Below, in pieces: positions 53,307-64,000 of a DNA stretch of 64,000 bases. Both the position numbers and the translations under genes were made by a program. Each line of letters opens with the position of its first letter. Positions within the stretch are counted from its first letter, which is position 1. Below the pieces are notes generated by a model. It was not told the origin of the DNA, made no database searches, and worked only from the letters and a program-made list of their open reading frames with translations. The stretch comes from the human T2T-CHM13v2.0 reference genome, Homo sapiens: NCBI RefSeq assembly GCF_009914755.1, contig NC_060931.1, one strand, 5' to 3'.

Positions 53307-54167
53307 CCTTCCTCCCTCCCTCTACCCTCAAGTAGGCCCCAGTGTCTCTTGGGCCCTTCTTTTTGTCCACATGTACTCAGTGTTTAGCTCCCACTGATAA
53401 GCAAGAACATAATGTGGTATTTGGTTTTCTGTTCCTGTGTTAGTTCCACCTAGGGTAATGGCCTCCAGTTCTATCCATGTTGCTGCAGAGGACATGATCT
53501 TGTTCTTTCTTATGGCTGTGTAGTATTCAAAGGTGGATATGACCACATTTTCTTTATCCAGTCTACTGAAGAACAGCACTTTTAAACAATGCTCTTTATT
53601 TTTCAAAGCCTAATTGTTAAAGTGTCCTTATAGATGTTACTGAAACCTCCATATCCAAGATAAAAGAGACTGCTTTGCGGGGTTGTTAAAATCAGTTTTT
53701 CAAACATAATTAATCAAATAAAATTTACCTAATGACATTTCAGTAGTCCTTATGGGGTCACAATTGCTCTATTTTTTTTTTTATTTTAAATAAGGTGAAG
53801 TGTAAATGAAAGTTTTTCGTAATGTTGTTTACATGTGCAAAATGATTAGATACCTTGCCATTTTAGTATAAATATGAATAATGATCATGGGGCTAATGAT
53901 TAAAAATAAAAAAATTAAGAAAAAGACATTTTAAATGGCAACCGAAACAAATCACAAGGACCAGAATTTCCCTGTTTCTCAAGCAATCAGAAATTTTCCA
54001 AACAATAATTAACATGTTAACAGAAAAAAGAAATGGAGTCTAAAGAAATACAAAAGAGTTCATGGGGGTTTTGAAAAGTTGCATTCTTTGCAGATGAATT
54101 GCATCCTTTGGGAAATAACAGTATATGTAGAAGTTAAGAAACATCAGTATTACGTATTCTTTAGTGT

Positions 54168-54300
54168 TGTTTAACAGCTTTTTGAGAAATAATTCACATG
54201 CCATGCATGCTTCACATTTAAAGTATACTATTTAGTGGTTTTAGTATATTCACTGAGTTGTACAGCCACTGCTCCGTTCTAATTTTACAATATTTTTCTT
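54168..54300 (-). mobile_element. L1M 3' terminal fragment
   Basis: AACAGCTTTTTGAGAAATAATTCACAT...TTTAGTATATTCACTGAGTTGTACAGCCA. Confidence 0.75.
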
Positions 54301-54510
54301 TTAGAGTGTGTTTTTTTTCTTTGTTTCTTCATATTCTCACCAACAGCCTCTCTTCTTCTTTATTTACATTTTATTTCTTTGAGATCTTGCCTACTTTTTT
54401 TGGCTGTTTCAACTGTTAACTTGGATTTTAAACACTAGTCCTACACTCTAGCTTGTTCTTCTCACTTCCTTAATATTACTCCGATAATCTCTTATGTGGC
54501 CTACTATTTT

Positions 54511-55520
54511 ATGCATTCATTCAGCATTTACTGAGAGCCTGTTGTGTGCTGGGCACTGAAGAATGTTGGTCTAGCTGGAGGACAGTTACGTAAAGAAGTA
54601 ATGGTGGCACCCCAGGGACTGAAATGCTGTTCAGGATGCTCTGGGAACATAGAAGGGCACTTGAGAGGTGCAGGCAAGATTTTGCAGGAGAAAGAACTCT
54701 TGAGCTGAATCTCAGAGTACTGGGTAAGAGTTAGCCAGATGTACTAGATAGAGAATGCCAAGCAAATGGATTATCATATATGAAGCTTCTAAAATTTGAA
54801 AGAACCAGTTGTATTTAGAGGAAAGCAACCAGTTCATTCAGTGGCATGTCTAGGAGAAAAAAAAGTGAGAGGTGCAGCTGAAGGGAGAGATGGGGAAAGT
54901 CCTGATTTTTGAAAGGCCTTGAATGCCATACTAAGGAATATCACCATTATCCTGAAGGCAGAGATAGACTGAAAGATTTTAAGTGGAGGAAGAAATGATA
55001 AAGCTGATGATGGATTTTAAGCAGAGGATTGGTATGATGAGATGTTAGGAGGTCTGAAGGTAAATTTGGTAAGCCAAGGCAAGGAGACAGGGTGTCTATG
55101 AGGTGATTGTGGTTGCTTTAGTTAGAGATAACGAACTGTGGCTGTGTCTGGAGGATAGTGACTGTGTGGGTCGGGGAAGAAGAAGGGTTATAAAGGACAA
55201 GGAGGAGTGCGAGATGACTATGGCTCAGAAAATTGCATGCTGGAGGTTTAACTTTGGTGGAAGAAGGGCAGGATGTAGGGAACAAGAGCTCAGATTTGGA
55301 TTTGAACTTGTTGAATTTGGGATATATGGGCTGTTTAGGTGAAATCTGGAGTTTGGGAGAGAGGTCTGGGCCACACATGGCTTTGAGTATCATTAGCATT
55401 CAGGTTTTAATTGAGTTGACATCATGATTGTGTATTTGATCAGAGATACAGTAAGAATAGCAAAGACTTGAGAACAGAATCTTGGGGACCCCTGCAGGTG
55501 AGGGATTTTGAAGGTGGAGG
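54511..55520 (-). mobile_element. L2 LINE, 3' ~1 kb
   Basis: CATTCATTCAGCATTTACTGAG.GCCT..TGTG.CTGGGCACTG...GGCCTTGAATGCCA..CTAAGGA...GATTTTAAGCAG...GGAGAGAGGTCTGGGC. Confidence 0.85.
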
Positions 55521-55638
55521 AGATAGTCATCATTATCTGCCCAAAACCCTTTTCTTACTAAATTGTCTTATTCACTCAAGATTGCATCATTCTCAATGTA
55601 GTTGGAAGCCAGAGTTGGGAGTCTTCTCTGACAATTAA

Positions 55639-56082
<444 letters not shown>

Positions 56083-56670
56083 TAATATATCAGAGTTCCA
56101 TATAAGATTTCCACTGACAAGAGTTCTGTGAAAAAAAAGTTTGAAAGTATTCGTTTATAAAAATACAGATCCTGGCATTCAAGGCTCTTTGGAGTCTCTC
56201 CCTATCTAATTTATTTTTTCGAATGTAAATCTCAGCATAAATCTTAGGCTTCTGTCATTCTGTGATATTCAATTTTCCTGAATTTTTATGTCTGCCTTTT
56301 AAAATGCTGTTTCCATTACTTTCTTTACTCCTCACACATGCAAAGGTCAAATGCAATAATTCAAGTCTCATTTCCTCTTCGAAGAGGAAGCAGTGTGGTA
56401 TTTTATAAAGCTTTCTGCAAATCCTTGTGTTATCTGTGTAACTTCAAGTGACGGACTTTCCTAAACTTTAGGTTTCTTATGTGTAAACTAGACCATGTGT
56501 AGGTTAAATTAATAAAATGAAGTGTATAGCACATGGTTACTTTTTCTGATCTCGGTCCCTTTTGTGCACTCTCATTCATGTATTTATTCATTTAAGAAGT
56601 ATTTACTTTGGCATTACTCTGGGCAGTGGTGATACAGCAGTGAACAAAATGAACAAGAATCACTGTCATT

Positions 56671-56830
56671 GGCCAGGGGTGGTGGCGCACACCTGTGGTC
56701 CCAGTTACTCGGAAGGCTGGGTGGAAGGATCACTTGAGCCTGGAAGATTGACACTGCAGTGAGCTGTGACCACACCACTGTACACCAGCCTAGGTGACAG
56801 AGTGAGACCCTGTCTTAGAAAAAAAAAAAA
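56671..56830 (+). mobile_element. Alu right-arm monomer (FRAM/AluJ-like) within an antisense L2 relic
   Basis: GGCCAGGGGTGGTGGCGCACACCTGTGGTCCCAG...GAGACCCTGTCT plus poly-A. Confidence 0.85.
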
Positions 56831-56879
56831 GTAGCTGTCAGTATGGAGCTTATGTTCTAGAAGAGGAGATAAATGATAA

Positions 56880-57185
<306 letters not shown>

Positions 57186-57271
57186 TAGAAATATATACAG
57201 TTTTAATAATGGTAAGTGCTAAGGAGAAAAAGGAGGAAAGGCAGGCATGAAGTATCAAGAGGGATGGCTGA

Positions 57272-57852
57272 AATTTTATTTTTTTAAATTTTAGATTCAG
57301 GGGTACATATACAGGTTTGTTAGATAGGTAAATTGTGTGTCATGGGTGTTTCATGTGCAGATTATTTCTCCACCTAGGTAATAAATATAGTACCTGATAG
57401 GTGGTTTGATGATCTTCACCTTCCTCCTTTCCTCCACCCTCAAGCAGGCCCTGGTGTCTGTTGTTCCCTTGCTTGTCTCCATGTGTGCTTAGTGTTTAGC
57501 TCCCATTTACAAGTGAGGTCATGCAGTATTCGGTTTTCTGTTCCTGTGTTAGTTTACTTAGGATAATGTCCTCCATTACTAGGATAATGACCTCCAGCTC
57601 CATCCATGTTGCTACAAAGGATGTGATCTTACTTTTTTTATTTTTAATGGCTGCATAGTATTCCATGGTCGTGTATATGTACCACATCTTCTTTATCCAG
57701 TCTACCATTGATGGACATTTAGGTTGATTCCAGGAATGTCTTTGCTTTTGTGAATAGTGCTGTGATGACCATACATGTGCATGTATCTTTATGGTGGAAT
57801 GATTTATATTCTTTCGGGTATATACCCAATAATGGGATTGCTGGGTTGAATA
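57272..57852 (-). mobile_element. L1P (old L1PA/L1PB) 3' end
   Basis: GATTCAGGGGTACAT..ACAGGTTTGTT...; minus-strand ORFs give L1 ORF2 C-terminal peptides (FNPAIPLLGIYPKEYKSF..KDTCTCM; WIKKMWYIYT). Confidence 0.92.
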
Positions 57853-57938
57853 GACAGATTGAATGGGAAAGGCCTCTCAGAAGTTTTCTCTTCAGAAATT
57901 GGGAAACACATGACATACTCATAGTACACAGTCTTTGA

Positions 57939-58324
<386 letters not shown>

Positions 58325-59801
58325 CTGATCCCATTTTTATTGCAGTAGAAGTGTAGTGACAAGGAATTGGTAAGGTATCAAAATAGAACAGGAAATAATG
58401 GAAGAGGCAAGACCTTCACATCTAGGAAGAGACTGGTGGAATTCTATGAAAGTTAAATATTTAATACTTGTTTTGTCCAGTTTTTATTAGTCCAGACACT
58501 TGCAAAATGAAAACGAGAAGAATAAAGACTACCTGCCTCTACCAGGCATTATTAATTGCCCTTTGGAGATTTTGAATGAGGATGTTAGTGTCTTTGAGTT
58601 TCATAATGAAAACTGGAACTATGGGGAGAAATTGCTTGATCTCAGAACTAACTGAAGCTCCAGTGCTCAGAGTCAAACTAAACTAGACGGGCCTTGGACA
58701 GGTGGGGAGTTAGCAGCCAATTTTATTCACATCATTTGTCTTTTATAAAAGGTGTTTGCATGTCAGATTGAGCAAAAATCATGGAAAATGCCCAAGTTTT
58801 AACATCATTGTTTGAACCTATCAGCAAAATCAGATGGCTTGAATATGTAATTAACAGTTAAATTTGTCCTCCAGATTTGTTTTAGCTTCTAGCATACCAG
58901 GCAGGAAATTGGAATTAGAAAGAAGAACTCAGGATGTGAAACTCTCATTTCTGGTTCAGTTTTTTTCCAAAGAAGTTATCCAGAGAAGAGTTAAATTTCC
59001 TGCCAATGATGACATGAAAGCTATGTTGTTGCTATTGCTTTTGTTTTGAACTTTGCAAAAAGAAAAAAAATTCACCAAACACTACACTTTGATTAGTTCT
59101 AGCAGGTTTTTTTTTCCCCTTAGGGGAGACTATAGACTGTAATTTCATCACAAAAAACATGGTGCCTGAGCTCTAAGCAAAGTTTGAGTTTGTTTTTCCC
59201 TTGAGGATTTGACATTTTCTGTTTCCTGACATTTTTACTATTGTTAGACATACTTCTTTGTATTCTTGCCCTATATTCATTCCCTAAGGGAAATTGTGTA
59301 TTTTATCTACTGGAAGGCAGGAATGCCTTCTGTTTTGGACAAGCCATTTAATTGTTCAAATAAATTCAACTATAGTGTAATAGACCAATCATTAGGAACT
59401 GGGCCATGTGGCAGCATTTAGATTCATGAGACCCAGATTCTCAGTTCATTCCAAAAAAGGAATTAAATACCATGGACACAAAATGAATGATTTTCTTTCC
59501 TCCCTTCTTTCTCCCCAGGGTTTCCCATTTCACCCTTTAAAAATATTAAATGATATCCTAAATACAAACCAAATGCTTTTTGTTTCAGTATTTATGGTTT
59601 GCTTATTTGTGGTTTTCTGTTTAGTGGTTAATAATTTGCTTACCATTAAGAAAAATACTAGCAGATTTTTTTTGCCACTATTCTCTATTTGCTCTATAAA
59701 AATGTGATGTCCAAATAAAAGGGAAATGAAGACTTACCACTTTTTGGCCTTCTTTTCAGCTTTTTGGGTGTAATTCTGTTTTAACTAATAATTAAATATA
59801 T

Positions 59802-60074
59802 GGCCGGGTGTGGTGGCTCATGCCTGTAATCGCAGCACTTTGGGAGGTGGTGGCGGGCAGATTACCTGAGGTCAGGAGTTCAAGACCAGCCTGGCCAACA
59901 TGGTAAAACCCTGTCTCTACTAAAAATACAAAAATTAGCTGGGCATGATGACTCCTACTCAGGAGGCTGAAGCACGAGAATCGCTTGAACCCAGGAGCTG
60001 GAGGTTGTAGTGAGCCAAGATCCCACCATTGCATGCCAGACTGGGCGACAAGAGTGAAACTCAGTCTCAAAAAA
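59802..60074 (+). mobile_element. Alu (AluSx-type) with a small right-arm deletion
   Basis: GGCCGGGTGTGGTGGCTCATG...GGGCATGATG|ACTCCTACTC. Confidence 0.93.
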
Positions 60075-60184
60075 GTGTGTGTGTGTGTATATATGTATGT
60101 GTATATATATGTGTGTATATGTGTGTGTGTATGTATATGTGTGTGTGCACATATGTGTGTGTGTGTGTATGTGTATACACACAC
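60075..60184 (+). repeat. Compound (TG)n/(TA)n/(CA)n microsatellite
   Basis: Directly visible. Confidence 0.95.
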
Positions 60185-61076
60185 AAAGGGGACTTCAAAA
60201 GGTCATGGATAAAAGGAATTAAAAGATACAAAATAAAAATATAAACTTTATTTCTCAACATAAGCTCCATCAAGGTCAGGACACTTTTATAAGTGATGGT
60301 ATCAGCCATTTAGTCCTTCCCTAAAGAACTGAGGGTACTGGGAACCTAACCGTGTCAGTGCCATCTTTTTTACATTACTAACTGAAGAAAAATGGGTGGC
60401 CTTTAAAGATTTTTCAAGATTACCTGGACATTTTTCTGCTAAAAGTTTGGCTAACTTTCTCAAAACTCTGTCATAATAAGCAGATGGTATCGTTCTTTGG
60501 ACCTCTAGAAAGCTGATGAGGAGAATGCCCTGAGCATCTCAAAAAACTGTTGCTATGACCTGTGCTCTTCACCTGTCCATTTTTGCTTTTACTGAACCCC
60601 TTCCACCTCTTGGGAGGCATTGCTTTGTGCTTTGTCTTCAGGATCACACTGGTAAAGCCATGTCCTGTCTCCTGCTACAGTTCTTCAGAGAAGTGCTTCA
60701 GGATCTTGATTATTCTTGTTTAAAATTTCCATTGAAAGCTCTGCTCTTGTCTGCAGCAGATCGGAGCACAACAGTTTTGCCATGCAGAGTAGAAAGTTTG
60801 CTCAACTTTAATTTTCCAGTCAGGAGTGTAGGTAAGCTGAACCAGATGGGATGTCTACGATGTTGGCTATTGTGTGTGCTGTTCATTGTCGGCCCTCTTT
60901 AATTAGGGCATGAACAAGATTGAGTTTTTCCTCACAAATGGATGGGGATGGTCTGCTGCCGTAGGCATCATCCTCAAGATTGTCTTTTCCCTTCTGAAAA
61001 CAAGTCATCTATTTATAAACTGCTGATTTCTTTGGGACATTATCTCCATCATCTTTATATAAAGAATCAATAATTT

Positions 61077-61424
61077 TGATGCAGGATTTTTTATTCCTTA
61101 GTTCAGCTAAAATCCAAGTTATTGTCTCACGACCAGAAAAAATTAGGCATGCGAACACATTTAAAGGTGAGGAGAGCGGAATTTATTAAAAGCAATCTGT
61201 CAGCAGAAAAGAGGGGGTTCCTGCTAATAGGCTCCCACCTCACAGATTGAATACCAGGCCACCACACACAAGCTGAAGACCCCTGGCTCCTCTCCTTGTC
61301 TAAGTCTCGAATTTCCGATGTCTCCACTCCATTTTCCCAGTGCACATGCAGGCCCCTGGTCCGTTGTGGGCATGCTCAGGCAAGACCTTGTGCAGGTTCC
61401 TTTCTCTGCCTCCTGTATCTATCA
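61077..61424 (-). mobile_element. ERV1 solo LTR (MER61-like) in HSMAR2, 4-bp TSD ATTT
   Basis: TG...CA termini, minus-strand AATAAA, ATTT at 61073-76 and 61425-28; family name less certain than LTR status. Confidence 0.8.
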
Positions 61425-61457
61425 ATTTCACCACTCTTCCACCCAAGCTTCACTATA

Positions 61458-62522
61458 TTTTTTTTCTATTTTTTAAATTAATTAGTATTTTTATTTTAGA
61501 GGTAGGGTCTCACCTTGACACCTAGGATGGAGTGCAGTGTAACAATCATAGCTCCTTTTGATATGGACAGGAGGCAGGGAAATACTGGGTAGAAAACGGC
61601 AGGGTCCCTGGCAAAGGCTCCACCCTCAAGCCTGAACCTGCAGCCCAAAGTCCTGTTTTCTCATCCAAATGCTGCCCTTTCTAAAATTACCCTAGCCTGC
61701 TCTGCCCCATCCTGTACCCATAAAAACCCCAGGCTCCACTGGCAGAGGAGCAGGGCAGAGTGGCAGAGAAGGAGAGAAGAGAAGAAGCAACCATATGTCG
61801 GGGAGAAGCAGCTTGACTTCAGAGGGATGGCTTGATGGCGGGACTTCGGGGAAGAGTTTGGCTGGGGATGGCCGAACCTCTGGGGAAGACCACCTTTCCA
61901 CTGCATCCTCTTTCCAGCTCTCCATCCCTCTGAGAGCCACTTTCGTCAGTAATAAAATCCCTTGCATCTACCATCTTCAATTCATTCCTGTGACTTGATT
62001 CTTCCTGGATGCCAAACGAGACCTTGGGATACAGAGGGCTGTCACACTGAGCTGTTAAACACTTAGCCATCGATGGACAGCAAAGCTAAGAGGGCACAGT
62101 ATAACATTCCCTCTGGGGCATCACAGATCATGGGCAGGGACCTCCCTAGACACTGCTACATGGCTGATACAGGGCTCAGCCCTGCTGGTGCCCAAAGGCA
62201 CTTGCCCCAGCCCCTGCACCTGCTGACCTGTGTGCTCCCCTTCCTGTGAGGGGTTGAGGGCTGTGGGCTGAGTAAAGAAGCCACCCTCTTCCGGAGTCCC
62301 ACAGAAGGGCCAAGGGAACTATCCTATTTCAATTGCAGCATCTCCCGAGTTGCTGAGAGTATAGGCATGTACCACCACACCTGGCTAATTTTTAAAATTT
62401 TTTTGGAGATGGAATCTCACTATTTTCCCCATGCTGGCCTCAAACTCCTGGACTCAAACTGTCTTCCCGCTTCAGCCTCCCAAAGTGCTGCTGATTACAG
62501 GGTGAGCCTTGGCACCCCAGCC
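61458..62522 (-). mobile_element. AluJ-type element in HSMAR2, split by MER50
   Basis: Pieces 61458-61558 and 62332-62522; TSD TTCAC(T/C)ATA at 61449-57 and 62523-31. Confidence 0.88.
61559..62331 (+). mobile_element. MER50-type ERV1 solo LTR
   Basis: TGATATGGACAGGAGGCAGGGAAATACTGGGTAGAA...CCACCCTCAAGCCTG; CATAAAAA TATA-like box ~61719; AATAAA 61951; ends GGGAACTATCCTATTTCA. Confidence 0.85.
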
Positions 62523-62737
62523 TTCACCATAATTTTGATGTTCGTTCTTGCCTCAATTTTAACAGAATTCATGTTGCCCTGTTAGAGGCTCTTTTCAAAC
62601 TGATGTTTTATCCTTTTTAGTGCCTCAAACTAGATCCTGTTCAGGCATGCTATAGCAAGCTTATTTTGATACAAAAATGTTTGAAACCCATGCATAGTTT
62701 TTTCATATGCATTTTCTGTGAACTTTTTAAAGATCTG

Positions 62738-62775
62738 GTGTGTGTGTGTGTGTGTATGTGTGTGTGTGTGTGTGT
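62738..62775 (+). repeat. (TG)n microsatellite
   Basis: Directly visible. Confidence 0.95.
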
Positions 62776-63232
62776 ATTTTCTAGCAACACTGTCTCTTTT
62801 CTTTCATTTTGCACTCTGTATATTTTTTGTAAAGAATACATCTTTGGATCTAAGTGGCCGATATGAATTTGTTGAGACTAACAGTTTTTCTGCAGAAGTG
62901 AGTTTCTTCAGGTCTGTGCACTGCTGGTCAGAAGGGACCGCTCTGTAAAAGGTGACACTTGGGTTTGTGGAACGAATGCATGTAGGTTGGGGAATCAATT
63001 AAAAACACTTTCATTTTCTCTGTGCTGTGGCAACAAGGTGGATACAGGTAGATACACATGGAGCAGTGATGTGTGCTGTGATCCTGAGAGTGCCCTTTGA
63101 ATCTGCTGAGCTAAACAGTTTTTGAATTTTTTTCCACTCAGTACTCTAAAATTCACCTCCTGGGATTATTCTTTGGCTAAAGAAAAGTATGCCAACATGT
63201 GACAAAATCTGCACTTGAGTTCTTTGCAGGCA

Positions 63233-63508
63233 TTTCTTTTCTTTTTTCTTGTTTTTTTGAGACAGAGTCTTTGCTCTCTTGCCCAGACTGGAGTGCAGTG
63301 ACATGATCAGAGCTTACTGTAGCTTCAAACTCCTGTGCTCAAGTGATCTTCCTGGTTCGGCCCCATGGGAAGTTGGGACTACAGGTGTGTGCCGCCACAT
63401 CCAGTGAATTTTTTAAAAAAATTTCTGTATAGATGGGGTCTTGCCATGTTGCCTAGGCTGGTCTTGAATTCCTGGGCTCAAGCAATCCTCCTGCCTTGGC
63501 CTCCCACA
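63233..63508 (-). mobile_element. Alu (AluJ-type), 5'-truncated
   Basis: GGGGTCTTGCCATGTTGCCTAGGCTGGTCTTGAATTCCTGGGCTCAAGCAATCCTCC. Confidence 0.92.
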
Positions 63509-63619
63509 ATATGGAAAACATTTCCATTTGGCTACTTTAGTGCATAGAGAAATGTTTATACCTGGGAATATCTGGAGAGTCCTAGAAAGATCTACCCAGC
63601 AACTAAATTGGTAGTTATT

Positions 63620-64000
<381 letters not shown>

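Larger units (their letters stand above)
60185..62740 (-). mobile_element. HSMAR2 mariner transposon, near full length, with internal deletion and nested insertions
   Basis: TIRs ..GGGGACTTCAAAAGGTCATGGA and CATTTTCTGTGAACTTTTTAAAGA; minus strand translates MNSVKIEARTNIKIMVK (ATG at 62572), VAGDRTWLYQ, and ends GAYVEK* (TAA 60248-50), matching remembered Hsmar2 transposase. Confidence 0.93.

Noticed and set aside
60248-62572. SETMAR-like or functional mariner transposase
   Set aside because: It is Hsmar2 rather than Hsmar1, and is interrupted by three insertions, a catalytic deletion and further decay

Overview
Primate (most likely human) AT-rich, CpG-depleted, non-coding genomic DNA. I find no supportable protein-coding exon, RNA gene, CpG island or promoter. 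The listed ORFs are either chance frames in Alus, microsatellites and unique DNA, or decayed transposase fragments. A large part of the window is interspersed repeats: about 20 Alus or Alu monomers, many MIR/L2/L3 relics, several L1 3' ends, about 10 solo LTRs (MaLR, MER39, MLT2, MER61-like, MER50) and DNA transposons (Tigger3a, Tigger4b, near-full-length Tigger1, MER6A, MER5A/MER53, near-full-length HSMAR2). All recognised L1s and most LTRs are on the minus strand, and the + strand looks T-rich. This suggests the window lies inside a long intron of a gene transcribed on the + strand, which I cannot name. The most notable observations are: (1) a Tigger1 whose catalytic-D2 region was overwritten by a local duplication with a hairpin at the junction; (2) an HSMAR2 mariner with an in-frame catalytic deletion, three nested insertions and microsatellites at both ends; (3) a MER53 (miR-1302-type) MITE inside MER5A; (4) a candidate recursive splice site and a candidate micro-exon; (5) a dense TF-motif cluster near 15.0 kb. 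I cannot support a genuinely new biological system from this sequence. Repeat family names come from remembered consensus sequences, not from a search, and boundaries of old repeats are approximate.
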